From a virus (lineage: Duplodnaviria; Caudoviricetes): 30,726 nucleotides of DNA. The stretch's first letter is position 1, and each line of letters begins with the position of its first letter. Below the pieces are notes generated by a model, which was not told the origin of the DNA, did not search any database, and worked only from the letters and a program-made list of their open reading frames with translations. Both the position numbers and the translations under genes were made by a program. The DNA is taken from IMG/VR virus record IMGVR_UViG_3300034053_000051, positions 1 to 30,726 of that record. One strand, given 5' to 3'. This document shows, one piece after another, positions 8,401 to 16,881 of the stretch.

Positions 8401-10415
8401 TGGCCGCCAGCGTCGAAGGTGGGAAAGCTGCCTTGAACCTGCTCGGCATGTTCGGCAGCCTGGGCGACTTGCAGCAGGCCGCGGGCAGCTACCTGCAGGA
8501 CTACTACAGCGCGTCCGAGCGCGCCGCGCTCACCACCAAGGCCCTGGGCGAACGCCTGGCCGAGGTTGGCCTGCAGCTGCCCGCCACGCGCGACGCCTTC
8601 CGCGACCTGGTCGAAGCCCAAGACCTCAGCACCGAAAGCGGACAGCAAGCGTTCGGCGCGCTGATGTCGGTGGCCGCTTCGTTCGCCGAGATCACCCCTT
8701 CGGCCGAGGGTGCGGCGCAAGCCATGAAGCAGCTCGCCGCCGACCTGCAAGACGCCAAGGCCAGCGCAATCGAGAGACTTGCAACCCCGGCGCAAGCCAT
8801 CGCCTACCGCTCGGCCAGCGTGGCGCAAGGCCTGGCCGGCCTGGGTGTGCCGCTGTCCACCATCCAGCAGATGCTGCAAGCGCCGAAAGAGGCGCTGCTG
8901 GGCCTGGCGCAGACCTTCGAAATGACATCCAGCGCGAGCCTGCAGGCCAAGGCCGCTGTCTACGATGCGGCCGTGACGCTGGGCGATCTGCGCGATGCAA
9001 GCACCGACCTGGCCGACGAGGTGCAGAAGGCCGCCGACAAGCTCTTCGAGCAGAAGAAACAGCTGCTGTCGGGCGTCGACGGCGTAGCGACCGACTTCCT
9101 CGCAGGCTCCGACCTGGCCAACTACCGCGCCGAGCGCATCCGCCAGACCCTGGCAGAAGGCGGCATTGACGCCAGCACGCAGAGCATCCTCACATCCACG
9201 CTGGCCGACGTGCGCGCCCTGTGGGACGCCGTGGGCATCGATGGCAGGCAGGCCGTGCTCAACGCCTATGGCGCGTGGAAGCAGCTCAATGCCGAGCTCA
9301 ACGCGCCGCGCATCACCGACCTGGAAAGGGCCCTTGCTGGCATCACCGAGAAGTTTGGTGACCTCACCGTTGCCATCGACAAGGTGCCGCCGCTCAGCGA
9401 GGTCTATGCCCGCAACGTCGCCGAGCTCAAACAGCTCGAGGACGGCCTGGCGCAGATCCTGGGCACGGCCAGCAAGAGCGCGCAGCAGGTGCTGGCCGAT
9501 TTGTTGACGCAAAAGCGCGCAATCACCGAGTACCGAGCCAGCCTGCGTGACGCCATCGCCGACGCGCGCCTGCGCGGCATGACGCCGGCCGATCGCGTGG
9601 CGGCGCTGCGGCAGCAAGAGGCCTCGCTCTTCAGCCAGCTGGGCACCGCGGCAGACCCTGTGGCCGTGGCTCAGAAGCTGCAGGGTGTTGTGACCAGGCG
9701 GATCGAGGAAGAGGCGGCGCTGCGCGCCAAGTCGAACGACGCACAAATCGAGGCCCTGCAAAAGCAGATCGAAGGCGCCGAGCGACTGCAACAGCTCAGC
9801 GAACAGATCGCCCAATTCACGGGCAGCATGCGCTTTGGCGACCTCTCGCCGCTGGGCTATGAGCAGCAGCTTGGCGCTGCCCGCAGCCTGTACGAGACCA
9901 CGCTCGGCAAGGCCCAGGGCGGCGACGTCAACGCCATGGGTCAGCTCACCGGCAACGCCCAGGCCTACCTGCAGGAGGCACGCAGCTACTACGCATCGAG
10001 CGAGAGTTATGCCGGCATCTTCGACCAAGTGCTTGGGCAGCTTGACGCCCTGGGCGCGGTGGACCCGCAGCTCAAGGCCATGCAGGATCAGTTGACCGCG
10101 CTGCAGACGCTCAATGACACACAGCAGGCCGTCTCCGACGACGTGCTGTGGGCTAGCGCCCAGCAAGTGACGGCGCTGACTGCCATCGACGACGCGATGG
10201 CTAAGCGCGAGGCTGCAGCCAAACTCCAGGTCGACAGGCAGATCCAACTGGCAGAAGACCAGATCACAGAGCTGCGCACGATGGTGGCCGATCAGAAAGC
10301 TCAGCTGGTACAGCAGGCTGCTATTGCAAAGGCGCTGACAGACGAGCTGAAGCGACTCAACGGCACCACGGCCGCCGCAGCGACTGAGGCCAGTCTGGCA
10401 GGTGCTGCGCCATGA
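5409..10415 (+). CDS. Tail tape measure protein
   Basis: 1668 aa, Ala/Gln-rich and helical, with the lambda-type TMP motif QAGGSPMTAFLQQGSQ; follows the chaperones. Confidence 0.92.
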   Translation: MAGMTEIGIKLRLDGASQVQAGATQAAQAVQSLSSGTKAFGQGAQLTGQQTAQMSAQLQDFFVQVQAGGSPMTAFLQQGSQMSAIFGGAGNALRAVTSLVTPAVAGMAVLGAGVGAVAYAFANGDRERMAFLRGIVTTGNAAGVTASQLGELSKAASSFGATRGQGADVLAQLVSTGKVAASVLGSATEAAIRLEREAGVAIKDTVAAFADIGKDPVDGLKKLNEAQNFLTASTYREIAALQDRGKTAEAARVAQEAYAAASTSSMKTLESQLGAVETAWRAMGKGAKAAWDAILNVGRPATLQDQLNQALAAAAVFDAPGRKSQDPIRDEQRKASAKQRVDDLRAQIYAEQELAQAMADQAEQAAKAIKKIDEQRDAHKKAQEEAAKLAKAGAELAQSLLLESAQLNDDFLQKWNKLNAARAAGKFGVEQLIKVQGLLLQQQPFIKAALEQELKTAQAVATARAAARAAEDKSITDYLQAQEDARQAALKSVQGRVAALATELQATELMHGTSLSLAEAIELVAIARLQEARAKLLDGSDAAAAIQKEIDARRELLGLMATKRTQDDAARAADAAAKDWQRTTDSIRDGLTDAFRRAFESGENFGTAFAKTIGNEIKARVSTAIAGALADGVMSLLGLTVANAAAANGGGGNSTFGTASNLASLYSMGSRAYSGAQSLYGWAAGTSAAPWAATAGTGMVAQTGTYGTMLGSSTGLGAGTGMGGTGAGLSYNAGSTWSGVVANEAATTSATTTASTSGASSAGISAVYAAIAIKSYQQAQKDYAEGFRTAQSRDAIDRYGPGISPAGGAETYVADLFRRMGMSDRWSEVLSGSSQMARIFGRSAPQIQSTGVAGTLANGGFEGQAFTDVREKGGWLRSDKNWTEFEKVPDELGRFLSAASKSVFDQAKTFGEALGLPAQALAGVSTDIKVKLTDDVEANKEELIKALGGYGEKLVESWAAAVKPLAAYGETTVQTIERVGGAITGVNEVLDALGVNALAASVEGGKAALNLLGMFGSLGDLQQAAGSYLQDYYSASERAALTTKALGERLAEVGLQLPATRDAFRDLVEAQDLSTESGQQAFGALMSVAASFAEITPSAEGAAQAMKQLAADLQDAKASAIERLATPAQAIAYRSASVAQGLAGLGVPLSTIQQMLQAPKEALLGLAQTFEMTSSASLQAKAAVYDAAVTLGDLRDASTDLADEVQKAADKLFEQKKQLLSGVDGVATDFLAGSDLANYRAERIRQTLAEGGIDASTQSILTSTLADVRALWDAVGIDGRQAVLNAYGAWKQLNAELNAPRITDLERALAGITEKFGDLTVAIDKVPPLSEVYARNVAELKQLEDGLAQILGTASKSAQQVLADLLTQKRAITEYRASLRDAIADARLRGMTPADRVAALRQQEASLFSQLGTAADPVAVAQKLQGVVTRRIEEEAALRAKSNDAQIEALQKQIEGAERLQQLSEQIAQFTGSMRFGDLSPLGYEQQLGAARSLYETTLGKAQGGDVNAMGQLTGNAQAYLQEARSYYASSESYAGIFDQVLGQLDALGAVDPQLKAMQDQLTALQTLNDTQQAVSDDVLWASAQQVTALTAIDDAMAKREAAAKLQVDRQIQLAEDQITELRTMVADQKAQLVQQAAIAKALTDELKRLNGTTAAAATEASLAGAAP

Positions 10416-13225
10416 TGCGCTTCGTGCTCTCGATCACGCCGACCGTCAGTGCAGACGGGAGCACGCTCGACTTCCTGTTCAGTGGCGATTCGTGGGCCAC
10501 GTCGCCGACAGATACCCCGCCGAACAAGTCCGTGATGGGCCTGCTGAAGAACCCCGGCACGCTGCGCCGCGAGTTGTTTGCAGGTCAGCGGGTTACAGGT
10601 GCAATCCGCCCCAGCTTTGGCAACGTGGTGTTGGCAAATCCGGCGCCAGTGGCTGGCGAGCCTGGGCTGCTTGACGACTGGATCGACTACGGCATGGCTG
10701 GTGCCGATGTGGTGCTGTACTGGGGCGAAGTCGGCGCAGCGTTCCCGGCCGGCTACACGGTTGTCTACCGCGCGTTCTGTCATTCGTTCTGGGCCGACGC
10801 AGACGTGATCACGATCCGGCTGCGCGATGCGCTGCAACTGCTGGAGCAGCCGGTAGTGAGCGAGGGATTCGCGGGCACGGGCGGGCTGGAAGGGACTGGC
10901 GCTGTGGCCAAGCGCAAGCAGTTCGTTTCCGGCGATCCTGGATTCATCGAGCCGATCCTGGTCGACGCGATCAAGCAGATCTACTTCGTGCAGACCACGG
11001 CGACGGCTGGCCTCGAATCTGCGTACCTCCGTCAGCCGGATGTTGACCCGAACGCGTTCGATGTCTATGACAATGGCGTCAAGATCACCCGTGCTGAAAC
11101 CGCCTACGCCAGCTCGACTGACCTGTTGGCCAGCGCTCCGAGTGCCGGGTACGTCAAGTATTGGTACGGACCAGACAATCAGTCGTTCGGCCAAGGCGGC
11201 GACGGTCCGGTGTACTTCCGGCTCGGCAGCCCGCCTGCCGGCGACCTGCGCGTGTTTGCGATGGGCTACCCGACCGACGCGGATGCGCAGCGCCTGGGTG
11301 CGGTGTGGGGAACGCTTACCGCCGCGCACGTGGCCCTGCGCGCTGGTGTGTCGTCAGCCAACGTGTCGCGCGACTCGTCTCCGCTGCCAGTCATCGCGGC
11401 ACTGGTCGACGACGATCGGACATATCTCGATCTCCTGAGCGACCAGGCGTTGGCGGTGCAGGGCTGGTTCGGGTTCGATCGGCTCGGCGTCTTCCGGTCC
11501 GGGTTTCTGCAAGACCCGGTGGAGGCCGAGCCAACGCCAGCCAGTGTCTACGAGTTCACCGAGTCGTCAATCGGTGGCCTGCGCCGCGAGCCCGTGGCAG
11601 GCATGGAGGCGCCCGTCTGGAGCGTCGCCGTCACGGCCGGCGACACGTGGCCATCTCAGATCGCCGGCGGCGCGAGCTCGACCTTGCGCGACTACCTCTC
11701 GCGCAAGGTGTGGGCGTCCGCGTCCGGGCGGTCCAGCGCGACCAAGGTGCGAGACCCCGGCGCAGAGCATCAGACCGTCAAGATCCGCGGGCGCTTCATG
11801 CAGAACTCTTTCGGCATCACGCGCTGGATGGAGCGCTACTTTCAGCTCTACGGCGGCGTGCGGCACTTCTACAGCTTCAGCGCGCCGATGAGCGCTGATC
11901 TGTTGGCCATCGACCTGCACGACGTGGTGACGCTCACGCACAGCCGCTTCGGCCTGTCCGCCGGAAAGAACTACCGCGTGGTCTCCATCACCATCGACTG
12001 CGCAGCGGCAGTGCCGACGATGAAGTTCGTGGTGTGGGGCGGCGAGCCTGGCGTTTATGACGGCGTGCAGGTCACGACGCCGGGGGCTGCGTTCGTCGAT
12101 CCACTTGCGGCCAGCAGCACCATCGGACTGTTCACCGGCTACATGGCGGGGTCTGTTTCGGTCGCATCATCCACCTCGGTCTCAGGCAGCGCGCAAACCA
12201 CCATCGGGGATTTCTCTGGCGTCTTTGCTGAGGGCGTGCCGTACTACGCCAACGACGCATCGGCTATTGCGGTTGTGCACAACTCGCATCCCTACGTCTC
12301 TGTCTACCCGTGGTCCGGGTCGTTCGGCGCCAAGATCTCGGACCCAGCGACTGGGCCAGCCGGGCAGGGCATGGGCGTCGCGTTCTCGCCGGCTGGCGAT
12401 TATGTGGCGGTCGCGCATTGGAGTTCGCCATACGTCACGGCCTATCCATGGACCGGCGCATTCGGCGCCAAAGTGTCGAACCCGGCCACGCTTCCGCCAT
12501 CTTCGGCGAATGGAGTTGCTTTTTCACCGGCCGGCGATCACATCGCTGTCGCCCACGAATTCACCCCTTACGTCTCGGTCTACCCGTGGACTGGCGCATT
12601 TGGCGCCAAAGTGTCGAACCCGGCCACGCTGCCCACTGGCACCGCCTACAGCGTAGCGTTCTCGCCGGCCGGCGACCACATCGCTGTAGCTCACACGAAT
12701 TCACCGTATGTCTCGGTCTACCCGTGGACCGGCGCATTCGGCACCAAAGTGTCGAACCCGACGACGATGCCGGCCGGCACAGGCCGCGGTGTTGCGTTCT
12801 CGCCCTCGGGTGGGCACATCGCAGTCGCTCACACAACAACGCCAAATGTCTCGGTCTACCCCTGGACCGGCGCATTCGGCACCAAAGTCGCCGACCCGGC
12901 CACGCTGCCGGCCGCAGACGGAAAGAGCGTTGCCTTTTCGGCGGCTGGCGATCACATCGCCGTCGCGCACAACACGAGCCCTTACGTCTCGGTCTACCCC
13001 TGGACTGGGGCATTCGGCGCGAAGGTCTCGGACCCTGCCACGCTGCCAACGACTGGCGGCACTGGAGTTGCGTTCTCGCCGGCCGACAACCACATTGCGG
13101 TGACTCACGCGGGCACGCCTTACGTCTCGGTCTACCCCTGGACTGGGGCATTCGGCGCGAAGGTCTCGGACCCTGCCACGCTGCCGAATGGCGTCAGCAA
13201 TGGTGTCGCGTTCTGCCCGCTGTAG
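10412..13225 (+). CDS. Tail tip protein with a C-terminal 7-repeat beta-propeller (candidate receptor-binding protein)
   Basis: ATGA overlap with the tape measure gene. The C-terminus has seven 46-aa repeats (VAFSPAGDHIAVAHxxxPYVSVYPWTGAFGAKVSxPATLP). Confidence 0.75.
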   Translation: MMRFVLSITPTVSADGSTLDFLFSGDSWATSPTDTPPNKSVMGLLKNPGTLRRELFAGQRVTGAIRPSFGNVVLANPAPVAGEPGLLDDWIDYGMAGADVVLYWGEVGAAFPAGYTVVYRAFCHSFWADADVITIRLRDALQLLEQPVVSEGFAGTGGLEGTGAVAKRKQFVSGDPGFIEPILVDAIKQIYFVQTTATAGLESAYLRQPDVDPNAFDVYDNGVKITRAETAYASSTDLLASAPSAGYVKYWYGPDNQSFGQGGDGPVYFRLGSPPAGDLRVFAMGYPTDADAQRLGAVWGTLTAAHVALRAGVSSANVSRDSSPLPVIAALVDDDRTYLDLLSDQALAVQGWFGFDRLGVFRSGFLQDPVEAEPTPASVYEFTESSIGGLRREPVAGMEAPVWSVAVTAGDTWPSQIAGGASSTLRDYLSRKVWASASGRSSATKVRDPGAEHQTVKIRGRFMQNSFGITRWMERYFQLYGGVRHFYSFSAPMSADLLAIDLHDVVTLTHSRFGLSAGKNYRVVSITIDCAAAVPTMKFVVWGGEPGVYDGVQVTTPGAAFVDPLAASSTIGLFTGYMAGSVSVASSTSVSGSAQTTIGDFSGVFAEGVPYYANDASAIAVVHNSHPYVSVYPWSGSFGAKISDPATGPAGQGMGVAFSPAGDYVAVAHWSSPYVTAYPWTGAFGAKVSNPATLPPSSANGVAFSPAGDHIAVAHEFTPYVSVYPWTGAFGAKVSNPATLPTGTAYSVAFSPAGDHIAVAHTNSPYVSVYPWTGAFGTKVSNPTTMPAGTGRGVAFSPSGGHIAVAHTTTPNVSVYPWTGAFGTKVADPATLPAADGKSVAFSAAGDHIAVAHNTSPYVSVYPWTGAFGAKVSDPATLPTTGGTGVAFSPADNHIAVTHAGTPYVSVYPWTGAFGAKVSDPATLPNGVSNGVAFCPL
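12266..13222 (+). repeat. Seven tandem 138-bp intragenic repeats
   Basis: The YPW motif recurs every 46 codons; 12980-13047 and 13118-13185 are identical over 68 bp. Confidence 0.9.
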
Positions 13226-13243
13226 CAATCAATTAAACCCGCC

Positions 13244-13513
13244 ATGCCCACCAAAAAAGACATCCTCACCCAAGCGCTCGATGCCCGCAATCAAGAAGTC
13301 ATGGGCTACCAAATCAACATCGACAACTACACCAGAGCCATCGCGCGAATTGCCGAAATGGGTGACAGCGAGCTTGAGGACTTCCGCGTGCGCCTGGCCG
13401 GCTTGCTCGCAGCCGAAAAGCTGGAGCAGAAGAAGGCCACAGTCATCCGCGACGTGATTGCCGAACAGTTGCAAGAGATCGAAGCATTGACTGCGGCGCA
13501 GCCGACAGCGTGA
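13244..13513 (+). CDS. Small helical/coiled-coil protein, possibly a tail-fibre partner
   Basis: 89 aa charged helical ORF directly after the propeller gene. Confidence 0.65.
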   Translation: MPTKKDILTQALDARNQEVMGYQINIDNYTRAIARIAEMGDSELEDFRVRLAGLLAAEKLEQKKATVIRDVIAEQLQEIEALTAAQPTA

Positions 13514-13521
13514 GGTAACGC

Positions 13522-14130
13522 ATGGCCAAACAGTATTCCGACACCCTTCGCAATGCGTGGATCGCGTCCATCGAATCGACGCTCGGCACCACGCCAAAAA
13601 CGCGCATTTATACGGGCAGCCCACCGGCCACGGTTGCGACAGCCGCGTCTGGCACGCTGCTGTGGGAGGGGACTGGCGCGTCTGACTGGCTGACCGCACC
13701 GAGCGGCGGATCAGCCTCGCTGAGCGGATCGTTTGCCGGCACCGTTGCTGCCGACGGCACGGCCGGCTACTACCGCATGACGACCTCGGGCGGCACGGCG
13801 CACGAGCAGGGGATCATCACCCGCGCGTTCTCGACCACCACCAGCGCGTCCACGGCCGCGAACAGCAACGTGCTCACGGTCACCAGCAATGCAGGCGTCA
13901 CGGCCGGCATGAGCGTGTCGGGCACCGGCATTCCAACTGGCGCCACTGTGCTGTCGACAAGTGGATCGACCAGCGTGACGATCAGCGTGCCGAGCACGGC
14001 CGGCGTGTCCAATGGCGTGACGGTCTACTTCGGCGACACGTCTGGCGACCTCTGGCTCAACAACACCACGCTCAGCAGCGGCCAGTCGCTGTCGATCACC
14101 GTGTACACCCGCACCGCGCCGGGGGCCTGA
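13522..14130 (+). CDS. Ser/Thr/Gly-rich virion structural protein (putative)
   Basis: GAGG RBS; RIYTGSPPA and GTAGYYR motifs and beta-rich composition; located in the tail module. Confidence 0.7.
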   Translation: MAKQYSDTLRNAWIASIESTLGTTPKTRIYTGSPPATVATAASGTLLWEGTGASDWLTAPSGGSASLSGSFAGTVAADGTAGYYRMTTSGGTAHEQGIITRAFSTTTSASTAANSNVLTVTSNAGVTAGMSVSGTGIPTGATVLSTSGSTSVTISVPSTAGVSNGVTVYFGDTSGDLWLNNTTLSSGQSLSITVYTRTAPGA

Positions 14131-14131
14131 C

Positions 14132-14923
14132 GTGATCGGCATCGGCTACCCCAATCTGCTGACCAGCAACAGCTCCGTCAGCGGCGGCTCCTGGAACGCC
14201 AGCCTACCCGTTACCAACATCCGAATCACAGATCTGTCGCGCGTGGCGCGCAGTACAGACGCCACCACCGGCAGCACGGTGTTCATCATTGACCACGGGG
14301 CAGCCGTGGGCGCGCGTGGACTTGCGCTTGTCGCGCACAACTTGAGCGCTGACGCCACAGTCCAGTGGCAACGCGGCACCACCTCGGGCGCGGGCGATGT
14401 GGCCGACAGCACCGCGCTTGCAGCCTGGGCCATCACGCCCAAGGTGCGCGACGGCCGGGCGCATAACGTCATCGTCGTGCAGAGCGCCGCAACATCGGCA
14501 CGGTATGACACGGTGCGCATCGTCGACACCGGCAATGCAGACGGCTACGTCGAGATCGGCGCCGCCTTTGTGGGTGAGCTGCAGGTGCCGACGTACAACG
14601 CGGGCTATGGGCTGCAGGACGGCCTGGTGCCCGTCGGCGCCGTCGAGCGCAGCCCCGCTGGCGCGCTGTGGGCCAACGGTCAGCGCACGCTGCGCACGGT
14701 GTCAATGGTGCTCGAGGCCAGCCCTCTGCCCGAGGCCGACGAGTGGCACGAGACCCTGCGCTGCGCGTCTATCACCGAGTGGGTGTTGTATGTCATGAGC
14801 CTGACCGATCGCGCGCAGCAGCAGCGGTACGGGTTCGTGGGCACTTTCAGCGAGTTGTCGGCAGTCGAATACCCATACCCGCTGCATCGGCGCGTGCCCC
14901 TGAAGCTGACGGAGGTCGCCTGA
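14132..14923 (+). CDS. Minor tail protein (putative)
   Basis: GTG start 1 nt after the previous stop; contains LVAHNLSADA and DTGNADGYVEIG; located in the tail module. Confidence 0.7.
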   Translation: MIGIGYPNLLTSNSSVSGGSWNASLPVTNIRITDLSRVARSTDATTGSTVFIIDHGAAVGARGLALVAHNLSADATVQWQRGTTSGAGDVADSTALAAWAITPKVRDGRAHNVIVVQSAATSARYDTVRIVDTGNADGYVEIGAAFVGELQVPTYNAGYGLQDGLVPVGAVERSPAGALWANGQRTLRTVSMVLEASPLPEADEWHETLRCASITEWVLYVMSLTDRAQQQRYGFVGTFSELSAVEYPYPLHRRVPLKLTEVA

Positions 14924-14993
14924 CCGACCTCGCTGTGGCCCAGCGCGAGCCGCCGCCCGAGTTTTGCCAGCCGAGTGCCCAGGAGGCATCAAC

Positions 14994-15248
14994 GTGATCT
15001 GCGACTCGCTGCCGATCAGGCTCAGGTGGGACGGCCGCACCGGCTGCATCGCGTTCGACGGGGTGCACATCCGCCTGCGTGATCGGCCGGCGGGCATGCA
15101 GTGGGCGCAGGTCGACTGGGCGCCTGGGACTGTGGCGATCTGCCGCGATCGGGACATTGATCCTGAGCGTGACCTGCTGCCAGACGAAATCAAGGCGATC
15201 GAGGCCTGGATGCGCCGCCGGGCGGCCATCGCGCGCGACGGGCTGTAG
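14994..15248 (+). CDS. Hypothetical protein (84 aa)
   Basis: Perfect AGGAGG at 14981-14986 followed by GTG at 14994. Confidence 0.6.
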   Translation: MICDSLPIRLRWDGRTGCIAFDGVHIRLRDRPAGMQWAQVDWAPGTVAICRDRDIDPERDLLPDEIKAIEAWMRRRAAIARDGL

Positions 15249-15313
15249 GGCGCCAGCTGGCGGTGCGGGATCTTTGGCGGGTGGGGTAGGGCAGAGCAAA
15301 CGGGCTCCCTGCG

Positions 15314-15555
15314 TCTTCTAACCGCAAAAACCATCTCCCAGGTAGGCTTGCGGGGAATCGGCCCTGGCCGGTTAGAACAAATTGGCATCAAACGGCGCAG
15401 ATGCTCGAAAACAAGGCAGCTTTGGGACCAGTGGGTCGAAGGTTCGAATCCTTTCACCCCGACCATCTAACATATTGATGGCGTTGAGAAATCCGGCTTT
15501 TGGAGAGTGCTCAAAAATGCGGCAATCTTCTTACCGAATGACTTTCTTCTAACGC
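15314..15555. repeat. Integrase arm-type binding repeats flanking the attP core
   Basis: TCTTCTAACCG 15314-15324, inverted CGGTTAGAA 15369-15377, TCTTCTTACCG 15526-15536, TCTTCTAACGC 15545-15555. Confidence 0.7.
15421..15465 (+). mobile_element. attP core: 3' half of tRNA-Pro(TGG)
   Basis: TTTGGGA anticodon loop, T-arm GAAGG-TTCGAAT-CCTTT, acceptor strand and CCA end. The 5' half is absent, and the site is about 90 bp from the integrase stop. Confidence 0.9.
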
Positions 15556-15556
15556 C

Positions 15557-16651
15557 TCACCGAGTCGCCTTCGTCGCCCGCGCCCCGCGCCTGCGCACGT
15601 AATCGGCGGTTTGGGCCTCCGTTGAGTGCGTGCCCATGGTCCGCGCCGCTGCCATTCCTTCCCGAGCTTCCTTGTCGGTCAGGGCCTTTGCTCGCACGTC
15701 GTGCAGGTGCACGCCCTTGATGCCGGCGCGTTTGACGGCGCGGCGCCAGGCCGAGCTGGCTCCCCAGTAGCCCAGCGGCTTGCCGTCCTGGCCGGTGACG
15801 AGGTAGCCGCTGACCACCCGCTGGCCAGCCCGGCGCTTGAGCAGCCGCTCAGCCTGAATGCGCTTGATGCGGTCGACGGCGTCAACCAGGCGCGGCGTCC
15901 AGCCGATGACCACGGCCGCTCCGGTGGTGCCGGCGGTCTTGTCGGGCCGAAAGCGCAGGCCGGCCTCGGTGACGTGCGGTGCGTCAGGGTCGTCTGGGTC
16001 ACGCTTCCAGCGCAGGTCGAGCAGGTCGCCGATGCGCTGGCCGGTGAGGTAGGCCAGGTCGATCAGCGCGGCGATCATGTTGCCTGACCTGGTGGGCTTG
16101 CCGTCGTCGCCGACGATGGCGCCGACCTTGATGCGCCGGAGCTCGCTGTCGGTGATGTAGCGAGTGCGTGCCGGCGTGGGCATGGTGCGGATGTGCGCCA
16201 CCGGATTGTCGGTGCGGAACCCGCGTTCGATGCTGTAGCGCAGCAGCTCGCGCAGCATGCCGCGGTAGCCGTTGTGGGTGCGCGGCTTGGCGCGCAGCGG
16301 GGCCAGGAAGTCGGCCACGTCGGGAGCCTGAACCTGGCCGGCGCGGAACTCCGCGAAAGATTCAGCGATGACCCGGCACATGGCGAGCTCGTCGCGCTGC
16401 GTCTTGGGTGCGTGGCGCGGCATCACGTCGCGCTGCCAGGCCGAGATAACGGCGGGCATGCGGTCATCGGCCACGGTGCTGGTGAGCAGCTCGGCCAGCG
16501 CGGTGTACAGGGCCGGCAGGCCGTCAGCGATGGGGCTGAGCTTGATCCAGATCCGACGCTTGCCCTCGGCGCGCACGCGCCAGTAAAAGCGGCCCTTGGG
16601 GTAGACGCTGGTGGGCAGATCAGAGCGCTTTGCGGCCATGGGCAGCATCAT
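15557..16651 (-). CDS. int: Phage tyrosine integrase
   Basis: Catalytic set R (TGQRIGDL), K (PDKT), HxxR (HDVR), H (GTH), Y (TADY); adjacent to attP. Confidence 0.92.
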   Translation of the reverse strand: MMLPMAAKRSDLPTSVYPKGRFYWRVRAEGKRRIWIKLSPIADGLPALYTALAELLTSTVADDRMPAVISAWQRDVMPRHAPKTQRDELAMCRVIAESFAEFRAGQVQAPDVADFLAPLRAKPRTHNGYRGMLRELLRYSIERGFRTDNPVAHIRTMPTPARTRYITDSELRRIKVGAIVGDDGKPTRSGNMIAALIDLAYLTGQRIGDLLDLRWKRDPDDPDAPHVTEAGLRFRPDKTAGTTGAAVVIGWTPRLVDAVDRIKRIQAERLLKRRAGQRVVSGYLVTGQDGKPLGYWGASSAWRRAVKRAGIKGVHLHDVRAKALTDKEAREGMAAARTMGTHSTEAQTADYVRRRGARATKATR

Positions 16652-16881
16652 GCAGGCGAGAGCCCGCGCAGCTTCGGGGGCCTGACGCGCGGGCGATCGG
16701 CCGGGGCGCGCTGGCCGGTGCAGACGGCCTCGTAGTGTGCGCGCTCGAGCACCACGCGTCCGGCGCGGTCTCGGCGGGCGCGGACGAAGCCCTGCCGGTG
16801 CAGCTCCACCAGCTGCTCAGCCTGGCGCAGGTAGCCGGTCAGGCTGACGAGCTCGGCGTCGGTGAGCAGCAGGTCGGTCAT
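16648..16881 (-). CDS. Excisionase-like protein (DUF4224-like)
   Basis: 77 aa, basic, LLTDAELVSLTGYLRQAEQ motif; ATGA overlap with int. Confidence 0.75.
   Translation of the reverse strand: MTDLLLTDAELVSLTGYLRQAEQLVELHRQGFVRARRDRAGRVVLERAHYEAVCTGQRAPADRPRVRPPKLRGLSPA

Noticed and set aside
12266-13222. Diversity-generating retroelement target/template pair
   Set aside because: No reverse transcriptase is in the window, all repeats are in-frame coding, and the differences are not confined to adenines.
13244-15248. Lysis cassette after the tail genes
   Set aside because: No endolysin, holin or spanin motifs were recognised. Lysis, terminase and portal genes presumably lie outside the window.
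15369-15378. GTTAGAA as an additional integron core site
   Set aside because: It has no L box or partner arm, and it matches the inverted integrase arm-type repeat instead.
15421-15465. Functional tRNA-Pro gene
   Set aside because: The acceptor 5' strand, D-arm and 5' anticodon stem are missing. It is better explained as the attP core.
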